A stretch of 64,000 nt of DNA from Eledone cirrhosa (Eukaryota). Position 1 is the first letter of the stretch; each line of letters starts with the position of its first letter. The notes beneath the pieces are model-generated. The model made no database searches, had not been told where the DNA came from, and saw only the letters and a program-made list of their open reading frames with translations. Location: NCBI GenBank assembly GCA_964016885.1, contig OZ024743.1:113584001-113648000 (forward strand), in the 5' to 3' direction. Shown here in pieces: positions 49,604 through 61,423 of the stretch. Made by a program: the position numbers and the translations under genes.

Positions 49604-52600
49604 CTAGCAGAGACACTCGGCTTTGCCGGGAATGAAATTGTTCAATTTATTCTTCAATTTGGATACATGATGAAATCGATATTAAATTCATAATACAAAA
49701 AAAAAAAAATAAAAAAATAATAATAATAATAATAATAATAAACGAAAATACAAAATTTACCACTTTTATGAAGGGAGATAAATTCTATCGCATATGTTGA
49801 AGGAAATTACGTAAGAACTTCTGGGTAAACAACATCCTTTGTTTTCTGGTTTGGAGCATAGACAGATAAGTCTTGTAAACTCCCCACCCTGGAGCAACCA
49901 ACATAAAGTTGACCATGAGAAAAGCAAGGCTCAATTAAGTGCAAGCTAGTAGATTTCAAAGTTTGACCTTCAGCTTTATTAATAGACATTGCGAAGCAAA
50001 GTCGCACTGGGAATTGTGTTCGTTTGCACTGAAACGGCATGTCTGTTGGTTTGATTGGAATTCTTGGAATGAAAACCTCTTTCCAGAGGCACATCCAGTG
50101 ATGATGGTAGTTTCTATCACATTAGGCAATAATGTCTTCACAATCAACCTTGTCCCATTGCATAATTTTGGAGGATCTAAATTTCTTAGAAGCATTATTG
50201 GGACTCCTACCTTCAGAAAAATTTATGGGGAGGAGTTCCAGGTGGCTCAAGAGAATGAAGGAACTCTGTTGGGTAGTGGACAGCTTGATTTTCATCAAAG
50301 ACTGAATCAACTGATTTGTACTTTTTAATGACTGTTGGAATCTTATTCATTAATTCACGGTTAATCCTTGCTACTGTCTCATTTTTGGGAGCAAGAATCG
50401 CCCTTTCACACAACCATTTATGTGAATTATAATTATTACTTAAATCTGGAAATACCCTGTTCTTCAATTCAGCTGGGGAATTCACCACGATAGCAATATG
50501 AGCCAAATTGATAACACCATTCCCATCAATTGGTACTTCCTCGTTTCCTAATTGGAGGAGCCGGGTTGAAAACTGTTCTGCACATTGGTCCCCATTTAAT
50601 AAAGCTTCATGTTAGTTTTGAAGGTGCGAATACTTAATGCATGCTTTAGTAAGGTCTTATCAAGAGCTTCCATTGCACCTCTATGTGACATGGTGCATTC
50701 ATCCCCAAATGATCAGATTACATTGGCACAACACTTCTGCTGAACCTGAACCTTTGCTTATGTTACAAATTGGTGACCAGATTTAGCGGTAATTTAAAAG
50801 CAGAATGAGCTGTTTGTTCTTCTGGGAGAAGGGTGGCAGCAATGCCAGACGATGCTACAGCAACTGCAATTATTTTTTGTTGCCTTGCCTTGGAGAGAAG
50901 CAATGTTGTTACAAATATTTTACCTGTGCCACCAGGAACATCAAGAAAGAAGATTCCTCCACTTTTTTCTCTGACTGACGAAATAATTTTATCATATGCA
51001 CAGCGTTGTTCTGGAAGAAGGTTAGTTTCATGTTCATTCACAAATGCAACCAACTCTCTGATGTCATAAATTGTCTCTCTTGCTATGTCTCTTGAAGTTA
51101 AATCACTAATTTGACGGTTTAGTTTTGGCAGTTCAGAGCCAGACTCTTGCAAATTTTTGCCTCCCATGGCCAAAACTTGATTCCCAATTTCAACTAGTGC
51201 TTGGTTACATTTTTTTTCAGACAACTGGATATTGATATAAGGGTTTGCTTGTTGAACTGCATACTTTAAGTTCTCAGCCATGTGCTCACGATGTTTCATC
51301 CAACTGCCAAGTTGACACATGTTCAGTATAATTGCAAAAAGGTTACGGAGTTTTTCCTTGGAGAATCTGACACTGATGCTTCAGTCAATGCAAGGTCCCA
51401 ATGCTCATCATTTTCTAAAAAAAACCTTATTGATAGCATGCTTCCCTATAATTTTCACACACATGACCTTACCCTCCTCAAATCTTGGAAGGATTTGGGA
51501 GCACGTACTTCAAAGGGAGCCGTAAGTAGTAGCATTCTGCTTGGCTTGGGTGGACACTGTAAACTCTTGCAAGAGCGTCAGCTCCACGTTTCCTCTTGTG
51601 CCATTTATTGTTTCTCCAGGTAATTCTAGGTAAAGGAGTTTTCTTGCATCTTCATCTTGACACAACATAAGAAAGGCAATAAGAGTAGTTTCTTTTGGAG
51701 AAAGTGCTTGTTGTAAGGCTGTTTGTTTTGTAAAGATAACCCTTTGAATGATGACTGGGTGACTCTCATGAATGGGAAAATTGAAGATGCGCCAAAAAGC
51801 CTTATTGCTACTGATGTATCTTCCTCTCTCATATTGTACAACTTCGTCAATTTCATTTATCTGCTGACTGACATTCTGCATAAGAGTGTATGTTGCAACA
51901 TCTAAACCTTTGTTTATATATTTACAAACATAACAGAGTTGCAGAATTAGGCTTTGAAAGTTTTTGTAAGAAGAGGACAGTATGGTACAACCCACCGATT
52001 GTTAATGATGAATTCTTGCCCATTTCTCTTTTTTTTTTTAGTGAATCCACCATGCCCAGGTTTTCTTCTCCTGTAAAGGGGATAGCTACCTTCTCCACTT
52101 TGAGTTTCTTGTACAGAGGGACATTGGTATTTTTATTATCCCTCATGCACGAGGAAGGTAAATTAATTGAATCATCTGGGACTTGACAATTTCATACAGC
52201 AAAGGATCTTGCTGTGGATCAGGCAGTTCAGCTGAGATAAATAAATCAATATCATTTGGCCAAAGTTTTTCATGTAACCAAATCAAAATGTGGGCATATG
52301 GCAATCCTCGTTTTGCCATTCAATTGTGTACATGTCATATTTGACTGGTCTAAAGACTTCACATTTTTTTAGGAGATCCATCAGCTTTATGACTTTAAGT
52401 CTGAACACCCTAGCTATAATATCATGGAGATCTTTGGGTTCTTGATGATGATAAAGCTCACTCTTTATTTCATGCCATGTTGGGTTACCTGTGAATGTAA
52501 TGAAGAGGTCTGGATGACCATAGTGTCTGACATATGTAAGTGCAACTTGGGTACGCTCGTGCATATACAGTGGACTTGATGAAAGAATGACACAAAGCCG

Positions 52601-54110
52601 TTCAATGTTATCAGCAGCCAATGCTCCTTCATTACTGATTGCATCTCTCAGGTGAATGTAATCTGATGGACAGAGATCTTTCTGGTCTGTTCTAATGTAA
52701 AGAAGCCTTTCTCCTTCAATTTTTGCATACATATCAACTGTAAATTGCTGGAAGAGCTCACGTGAATGATGAAGAATATTGAGGTGTTGCTCTCTTAATA
52801 TGAAAAGGTAAACATAGAATTCCATGCAGCTTACTGTTTTTGTCAGTACAGGAGCTCTTATTTTAAGATTTATTTTTTTAATACCAAAGTGATATCCATC
52901 TTGGCCAAATACACAGATTAATGGATACTAGAGTGCATCATATGATCGGTGGGTTGCATTTATCCGCTGCATCTTATTTCCTCTTCCTTGAATAATAATA
53001 TCTCTCTTCCCATACTCGTCGCCTGTAATAATTGCTGCTACTTCATTTGTGGCAGGAGCATTGTAGCGGCCTCTGTGTTCAGAAACAGGCTTTTTGTCTG
53101 CAACAATAACTATTTTGTATTCAGAGGGTGGTGAAGATTGTAATGCATACTTGAAGCTTCTGATATAGCTATTGTTTGCATGCAACATATCTTGCAGATC
53201 AAAGATTAATGACCGTTACAAAGCCTGCTCCTTGTAATTTGCCACAAAATATAGCTGTAAAAACAGGATTTTTCCCTTCAGTTGGCAACAAAGATCCAAT
53301 ACGATGGTATACTTGACCTTGAACTTTAAAAGTTGGCTCCATGTTCCCTTCTCTTATAGTATTGCTACCAAAGGAGGTCATTTGGAAAGCAGAATTATAA
53401 TTCCTAATCCTTTTCAAGAAGTGCATGCTCCTTGGTGTGTTTCCCAAAAGCAATGCCTTCAAAGTATCTGGGGGTGTACCAAATGTCGGTAAAACAACCG
53501 TTCCTGTACCACAACACATAGTGGTACTTTCTCTTTCCTATTTTCTTTTCTTTACAAAAATTGCATTCTTTTGATATTGCTCCAATACCAATCAATTTCT
53601 CTGTAGAATAATCATGTTTGGGATCATAGTGAAAACTGATCTTTTCCAAGTCCCCTTGAAAGGTGCAACTCTTTTGTCAAACGTATTCAGCCTATCTTGA
53701 TCAAGACGCTTAGGTCTTTCCTCTGAGGATTGACGAAGCCTTGCAGCAACTGTTTGCTCCTGGTTTTTTTCTTTGTCTAATCTCTCGCTGACCTATTTTC
53801 TCATTGGCAACTTGTCTTTGTCTTGCATCCTTTAAACGTTTTTCTCCTTCCATTTGTTTACTCTTGGTTCCTGCGGACTGCATTTTGTTGATGTAATTGT
53901 TCTAACCATTTTTCCCTTGCCTTTTGTGACTCATTGGCCCTGCGTGCAGCAGCTCTCCTCCAGTCGTTTTCATATCATTGCTGTCGTTTTTCAGGTGTCT
54001 CTAGTGACCTTTCTCTGGCTACCTGTACTCGCCTTTGCTTCACTGTAGAATACTGATCATCTACATCTACCCCGTCTCCTCTTGTAGAGAGTGAGAACAT
54101 TTTTCTCGGA
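49604..54110 (-). mobile_element. Decayed autonomous-type Helitron (Rep/Pif1-like helicase), many frameshifts; 5' end not located
   Basis: MCC..G.V.LP, IRNYNSAFQMTSFG, FKVQGQVYHRIGSLLP, GRYNAP, QQFTVDMYAKIE, PDLFITFT, YTIEWQ, FFLDVPGGTGK, AVASSGIAATLL, MLLRNL..LCNGTRL, QFPVRLCFAMSINKAEGQT, FSHGQLYVGCSRV; 3' hairpin and CTAG at 49604-49630. Confidence 0.95.
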
Positions 54111-54661
54111 AACGTTTTTGAAAATTAAAATGGGGATTAAAGAAAAAAATGAGTGAAAGTTACGTGAATATCTTCACAAGAGTGATTGAAATAAATGGCG
54201 ATTGTGTAACGCCGCACGCACGTTAACGTACACACGCGTGCACGTTCACACATGCGCACACACTCACACATGTTGATAGTTTTTATTTTCTGTGGGACGC
54301 CGCACACATATACACACACACATATTAATAGTTATTGCTTTCCTCGCCCCTCTTACTTGCACATCACACACACATGTATCTACACTGACACATATACATA
54401 CCGTATCAAACACAGCGTCTCTCTCTCTCCCGCTATCCCCCTCTTTTTAACACTTCCTCTCTTTGAGTCTGTCTGTTTCTTTCACACACACACACACACT
54501 CTCTCTCTCTCTCTCTCCCATTCACAATATTTACATTTCTCCCTCTATCGAAAAACGTTGTGACGAATGAGGAGATGGAGGAGGAGAAGTAAAGAGCCAC
54601 TTCCTCACTTTCAATCTCTCCCCTCTCACTCCCTCATTGGCATTATGCATAGACATACAAA

Positions 54662-54870
54662 TACTCGCTATTAGTTTTAAAGTAGTGACTATGATGACCG
54701 GTAACGAGCGAGAAACAGGACTGTCGATTATTCCCCTTTGTTTTTGCCGAGAATAAGTAAGTGACATAGTCACTAGTTTAAAACCCATAGCAAATGGTCT
54801 TCAAAATGTTTTTAATTAAACATACAGTATATAATCAAATATACTATACACACATTCATATATATATATA
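54662..54870 (+). mobile_element. Hammerhead-bearing repeat (Penelope pLTR-like), degenerate copy with short inverted duplication
   Basis: Reverse-complement similarity to 58960-59215; aTGATGA..GAAA-caggactg-TC at ~54690-54725. Confidence 0.55.
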
Positions 54871-55159
54871 ATTCGTTTTTGAATTTGTTATCTGAAAACG
54901 TGTGTTGAAACAGATGTTGTTATACTTTGGGAGGGTCATGCTGCCAATAAAAATACACGCACCAGTTGGTTTTCACTTTAATTTACTCTAAATTTCCGAT
55001 TAGTTGGTTCAATAAGCGGATGAGTGTTTATATATTGTCATCGCTCTTTCATCACACCTTCTGTGATTTCCTCAGTGACTGATTTCTTATTTTGTGTCTA
55101 CTTTTTTGTCCTACACAAAAAGAAAATGCCATACCCTCCTTTTCAACTGGCACGCAGTT

Positions 55160-55790
55160 GGATAATGATAGCCTATGAATCGGGGTTTCCCTGAGGCTCG
55201 GTTTCAGGATCTGCGAGCCACATAAATGCCGCTGCGGATCCACCGTAGACTCTTTCGGCCTTCATCCGCTGGGTTGCTGTTACAATGCCAGCCACCTTCC
55301 ACGTCATGCTGCTCTCAACGAGGTCATCAAGCATGGATTGGATGCTGCAGGCTTTCCCTCTCAGCTCGAGTCGGCGGGGCTGGTCTGAGTGCACGGCAAA
55401 AGGCCAGACGGTGTGACCACCTTCTCGTTTCGTGGTGGTAAACCCCTCATCTCGGATGTCACATTCAGCGACACAATCTCCAACGGCAACCTGGTGCAAT
55501 CTACGACTAACCCAGGCTCTGCTGCAGTTCGGGCTGAAGAGGGTAAACTCTTCAAATATGGGTCGCTCTCCCACAGGTTTGCTGTGGAGCGCGTAGCAGT
55601 AGAGACTTCTGGTGTCCTTAGCCCTAGGGCCACCTCTTTATTCACTACTATCGGCACAAAGATGGCTACTCGTGGATGTGATCCTCGTGAGTTGGAATGG
55701 TTATTACAGCACCTCTCCTCCACCATCCTCCATGGAAATGCCTTCTCTATTCTGTTCGCCGGGGCCGCAAGGCCCCCATTTGCTCACAAT
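55160..55790 (+). pseudogene. CRE-clade-like non-LTR retrotransposon 3' fragment (zinc finger plus restriction-like endonuclease)
   Basis: LRLG..CRCG..H..C..RH..LN, GKRPDG..DVT..DT..AE..K..KY..VETSG..LQHLS..HGNA. Confidence 0.85.
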
Positions 55791-56204
55791 AATGAGATTT
55801 GTTTTTTGTGTTCGAACCTGGTGTTTATGTATATGTTTCAAGGATGAGTACATTATTTCTTCTGTCATACATTGAACTAAACTCTCTGAAGAAGCGTAGC
55901 ATCCTTTATTATATCATATATACCGTTAGGATTTGAACACAAAATGTAATGGCCTGTCATAAAAAATCAATATAGTTGAAAGTTGAAAGAAAGTTACTTT
56001 TTGCCGATGACTGGGGAATATCTGGTTTTTCCTTTGAAATATATTATATCCCCAAATAAGCGTTACACCTTGTTCTATATGGGATTTTGGCGGGCTGTTT
56101 AAACAACGTGTGTGTGTTAACTACTCCATTACCAACGGGTTATTACTAGGGCCCTGAAACCTTTTGGTAATGGAGCAGTTATATTGTGTTGTTTACTTTC
56201 TTAT

Positions 56205-56254
<50 letters not shown>

Positions 56255-56262
56255 TGTAGTGA

Positions 56263-56315
<53 letters not shown>

Positions 56316-56549
56316 CAGAAGGGATATTCAATTTGTTGGTAATTCAACAAATATAAATGTTTATAACTGATTCAGAGCACTCAACAGATTTTTCTGGAGT
56401 ATAATATACAATGATATTAAATAAATGGAAAAATAAATTTATAAAACCATATTTATTCTATTATATATATTTCAAGGGTACCAAAAATGTTGGTAATATA
56501 TAATAAAATAAATATGGTTTTATAAATTTAGTTTTCCATTTATTTAATA

Positions 56550-57263
56550 CAAGCAGTGGTACCTGGCGTTGCCCGGGATAAGGTATTTTGGAACGCGGGC
56601 CGCCAACAGACCTAATCGTGGAATAACTGCATGCCTGGACAATATGTAAAGAAAATAAACCGAATACTCTGATGGCTGGATAATCTTTAAGATTTTCCTC
56701 GATGAAACAGGAAAAAATGCAGGGTTTCACCTAATGATCTAGGGGATCAAGAAAATGAATTTTTTTTATGTGCATAATATGCCTTGAAATTTCGGGAAAA
56801 CCGCCTCCAAAAAGCTTAAAAAAATGAAGTTTTTCACCTAATGCGGGCCCTTGGCCATAAAAAAGTTGGATTTTCTTTGCTCACGTTATGAAGAAGAGAC
56901 TGACTAATACATAGTTACAATTTCAAGGAAATCGGTCTGACGTAACGCCTAAAAAAACCCTGAAAAAAACGCAGTTTTTCACCTAGGGAATAAAAAAGTT
57001 GAATTTTTGCATAACACTCCCTGAAACATAAGTATTACACATGTAAAGTTTAGGTACCTCTCGAGTTTTAGGGATTCACACACACGTACACACACACACA
57101 CACACCCACACACCCACACACAAGTTGTTTCAGTCATTCACAGTTTTCAACTTAAAATTCCCGCGTTTTTAATGGAGAACAGGTCGTTGCCTAGCAACAC
57201 TACAGCACACACACACATACATTAGTCAGCTGTCGCGTCTCGACTCATTATGATATAAATAGA
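56550..57263 (-). mobile_element. Non-autonomous Helitron related to 4553-5696
   Basis: CCTGGCGTTGCCCGGG reversed 3' hairpin; shared TCTCGAGTTTTAGGGAT..CACACAC subterminal block. Confidence 0.75.
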
Positions 57264-57321
57264 TATACAAAACGCACAATAATTACATAGATATATATGT
57301 ATGTGCATATATATATATATA

Positions 57322-58008
57322 GGCATACGTCAAGATGGGCGGTCAGAAAAGTGAAAGTAAATTTATTTTCATTTTCGAACGTCGTGTTTACATTTTGTGT
57401 GTGTGTTTAGATCTAAATTAGTGTCGTTTTAACTGATTATATATATATGTATATGTGTGTGTAGTTGACGGTTGAGAGAAGAGTACTCAATATCGAAGTA
57501 ATCTTGTAATGAGGCTTGCACATGCTGGCGACGAAGCTTCTTGCTTGCACGGCTCCATGTGTTCTTTATGAGCTGTGTGTGCACATCAAGGCCCGCATGA
57601 TCTACAAAGTTCCGTTCGTGCACCACAACATCATGAACGTAAATCCCACCTTCAATTTCCAAATAGGAAGCCCAACCATCGGAGATGATGCGGCTGCCTG
57701 GCAAAATCCCTGCTGAATGATGGGGACGAGAGTGTCAGAGCTTCGATTTGGTACTTCTGCAAGGCAGCAGCGTCTAGAATGGCGGACTCACCATTCTGCA
57801 AGCCTCATTACAAGATTACTTCGGTGTTGAGTACTCTTCTCTCAACCGTCAACTACACACACACACACACACATATACATATATATATAATCAGTTACAA
57901 CGACACTAATTTAGATCTAAACACACACACAAAATGTAAACACGACGTTCGAAAATGAAAATAAATTTACTTCCACTTTTCTGACCGCCCGTCTTGACGT
58001 CTTGACGT

Positions 58009-58013
<5 letters not shown>
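57322..58013 (-). mobile_element. Merlin (IS1595/ISXO2-like) transposon derivative with ~200-bp TIRs
   Basis: Arms 57322-57520 and 57797-58013 are inverted and start GG; core encodes PGSRIISDGWASY..H..VVH..NFVD..HTQLIKNTW. Confidence 0.88.
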
Positions 58014-58046
<33 letters not shown>

Positions 58047-58204
58047 ATTAAATAAATGGAAAACTATATTTATAAAACCTTTCCATTTATTTAATATTGT
58101 AAATATACTCCAAGTATTTGTCGAGTGCTTTTATATCAGTTATAAATATTTACTAGTTGTAACCCAACAATTTTAAATATAACTTTACATATATATATAT
58201 ATAT

Positions 58205-58523
58205 ATATATTACTAAAACAGAGAATGTCTGTTTGTCTGTCTGTCTGTCACTAAAACTTGCGAACCGCCCAACCGAGTTTTTTCAAACTTTACACATGTA
58301 ATACTTATGGTCTCGTGAGTGTTTTGAGCAAATCAAATTTCAAATTTTCAATGCCCTATGGACCGCACTAGACGATTTAGCGATCTCTCTATATAATTCT
58401 TAGTCTTTCTCTTTTTAGATAGATACCTAGATATGACGTTGCATCATTATAATATCTATCTGTATGCCAGCCTGTCTGCATTACGTCATTATGACGTGGT
58501 GTGTGTGGGTATATGTATATATA

Positions 58524-58556
<33 letters not shown>

Positions 58557-58840
58557 GTATGTAACGTTTTTCGAAATATTTACTTCTGCGTTCACAGATT
58601 TATTTTTTTAGTTTGAGAAGATCCCGTTAAGGGTGAAAGCAGCGATCCTTGCTTAAACTTTAATCTATTATTTTAATATATATATATTATTATATATTCG
58701 TGTACAGATATTTTTGCATACATACACAATAACAAAATATAAACAAACGTATATACTTCATGAGGCACGAGAAGGATAAATATATATCAATATATAAGAA
58801 CCCTGGAGCAAATCCCGAGCAACGCTGGGCCATTCTGCTA

Positions 58841-58841
<1 letters not shown>
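58205..58841 (+). mobile_element. Non-autonomous Helitron (38546-39282 family)
   Basis: Colinear similarity; CCCGAGCAACGCTGGG..CTGCTAG|T end. Confidence 0.85.
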
Positions 58842-58929
<88 letters not shown>

Positions 58930-59220
58930 ATTAGGATTGGTGCTCTGAAATAGCGATGTATACATGGATGTATGTATAGTATATTTGGCACGGGGTCGAT
59001 AAAATAAAGTACCAGTAATGCACTGGGTAATTGCTGGCCTTGTGCCTAAAGTAGAAACAAGTATATTTGGCAATATACCGTATGTTTAATTAAAAATATT
59101 TAGAAGACCACGCGCTATCAGTTTTAATGTAGTGACTATGTCACTTACTTACTTATTGGCGAAAGAAGGGAGAGAGGTTGACAGTCTGTTTCACGCGTTT
59201 GGTGTTCATCAGAACTACGC
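58930..59220 (-). mobile_element. Hammerhead-bearing repeat (Penelope pLTR-like), interrupted by a SINE 3' fragment (58991-59059) with TSD AGTATATTTGGCA
   Basis: End shared with 49551-49603; body shared with 54690-54870; hammerhead at its 5' side. Confidence 0.6.
59176..59216 (-). ncRNA. Minimal type-I hammerhead ribozyme with intact catalytic core
   Basis: Minus strand gtt-CTGATGA-acaccaaacgcgt-GAAA-cagactg-TC-aac; GUC cleavage triplet. Confidence 0.7.
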
Positions 59221-59637
59221 ACCCCTGCTTCCGCCAAAAATTATAGAAGCTGGATTTTTATAGAATTCCAGTAATAATCAGGAGCTGATTATAAAGAGTG
59301 CATGTATGGTCGACGCTCCACTGAGTGCACAAGAGAAGTTGTCATGTCTTTGACACAACAGAGGATCATATATATATATATATATATATATAGGCAAGCA
59401 TACAATTAGTGAAGCCTCATCCAGCCCACACTGTAAAGTGGTCATGTAGGTGTCACAACAAAAAGCTCCCAGTATTCACAGCAAATGTGGTTGGCGTTAG
59501 GAAGGGCATCCAGTTGTAGAAACCAAGCCAAAATCATTTCAGTATGAGCAAGACATGGTCACCTGACTTGGCATTGCTCACAACAGGACAACTTGTCTAA
59601 TCCATGCTAGCATTGAAAAAATGGACGTTAAACGATG

Positions 59638-59674
<37 letters not shown>

Positions 59675-60731
59675 AGGGCGGGTAAAATTCCTGAAATCCA
59701 TGGACCAGTTCTCTCCAGCGGTCTCTGTCCCTCATTACCACTGCGATGTCCTGCGCCTCCAACAGACCAGTGTCTGTCCTTAGGGCAGTGTCCATGCAGG
59801 GGCTCCCACAGGAGCACTGAGTGCAGTGTCAACTATGGATGTCGGTGACCATGTCCAACTAACCTCAGTCTCCTCTGTGTCACTTTTTGGAGGCTCCCGT
59901 ACAGCTCTGAGTTTTTCATCCTCAGTGTATACTGATTAATTTTCGGAGCCATCCTCAGCATTCTCATGTAGCACCCATCCACCATCTGAGTGAGTTTCTT
60001 GGTCAGTGTCCAAGTCTCAGACCCGTACAGCAGCACAGACTCCACTACAGCAATGAAGAGGCGGATCTTCAGGTCTTTACAAAGGTCTGACTTCCACACC
60101 GATCTCAAGCTGTGGCACACCGCCCAGGTTCTGCTCTTCCTCTTGACCACATCATCTTCTGTATTCCCAATCTTTGCTCCCAGATACAGGAAGTCCTCAA
60201 CTAAGTCTAGCGGCTTCCTGCCTACATTAGTAATCCCCTCTGGCTTCTCAACATTCTCTACCAGATATTTTGTCTTAATCTTATTCATTCTCAGCCCCAT
60301 ACTCATCGACACAGTCTCAACCTCCTGCATCAAATCCTCTGCCTCCTTCACTGTGTTTGTCACCAAAACTATGTCGTCGGCAAATTCAGCATCTGATATC
60401 TTTTTCGCCTTAACTCTCCTGCTCTGAGCCGGTGTTACAGTAAAGCCAGAGTCCTGGTGTTTCTCCAGTGCAAGGCTCATGGAGAAGATGGAGTAGCATC
60501 AGAGGTGATGAAGAAGTGTGATTTTGATGGGGTTCTGTAACCAGGCACTGGAGAAAGGAGTTGTTCCGAATCAGTGGAGGATCAGTAACATCGTCCCAAA
60601 GAAGGGAGATCTCTCTAACACCAACAACTACAGGGGGATCTCACTGAAGTCACTTGTGGCAAAGACCCTCAACAGGATGATTCTTAACAGGATCCAGCCC
60701 GAGATGGAGAAGAGGCTCATCATAGTGGACT

Positions 60732-60735
<4 letters not shown>
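59675..60735 (-). mobile_element. RTE-like LINE 3' half with an inverted upstream RT segment (60481-60720)
   Basis: Minus strand EFADDIVL, GLRMNKIKT, DFLYLG, LLYGSETW, RRLRLVGH; plus strand PNQWR..KKGD..NYRGISL..K. Confidence 0.88.
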
Positions 60736-60776
<41 letters not shown>

Positions 60777-60810
60777 CCTCACTTCCCTTTTCTAATATAT
60801 ATGTATATAT

Positions 60811-61206
60811 ATCATCATCATCATCATCATCATTTTACGTCTGCTTTTCCCTGCTTGCAAGAGTGGGATGGGAACTGATTCTGGCTTGATTTCTACAGCT
60901 GGATGCCCTTCCTAACACCAACCTCGTTTACAGTGAGTGCTGGGTGCTTTTTTTTCCGTGGCGCCTAAACGTTCACTTTACAGTGTGGGCTAGGTGCTTT
61001 TTTTGCCGTGGCACCTCCACGACCACTTTGCAGTGGAATGATAGGGAACCCAGTCCTATCATCTCATTTCTTCAGCTGAGTAAACTGCAGCAATGTGAAA
61101 TAAAGTGTCTTGCTCAAGGAAACAACACATCACCCGGTCTGAGAATTGAACTCACAACCTTTTGATTGCAAGGCCAATGCTCTAACCACTAAGCCATGTG
61201 CCTCCA
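60811..61206 (-). mobile_element. Young CORE-SINE with RTE-derived tail
   Basis: Near-identical to 11348-11692 with two body subrepeats. Confidence 0.85.
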
Positions 61207-61210
61207 TATA

Positions 61211-61423
61211 TGCAAAGTGGTCGTGGAGGTGCCACGGCAAAAAAGCACCCAGCCCACACTGTAAAGTGGACGTGTAGGCGCCACGGAAAAAAAAGCACCC
61301 AGCACTCACTGTAAATGAGGTTGGTGTTAGGAAGGGCATCCAGCTGTAGAAATCAAGCCAGAATCAGTTCCCGTCCCACCCTTGCAAGCAGGGAAAAAGC
61401 GGACGTAAAATGCTGATGATGAT
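61211..61423 (+). mobile_element. Headless body/tail of the same SINE in opposite orientation
   Basis: Reverse complement of 60833-61032. Confidence 0.85.

Noticed and set aside
49807-51320. Host PIF1 helicase gene
   Set aside because: It is intronless, frameshifted, fused to Rep motifs and ends in a Helitron hairpin/CTAG.
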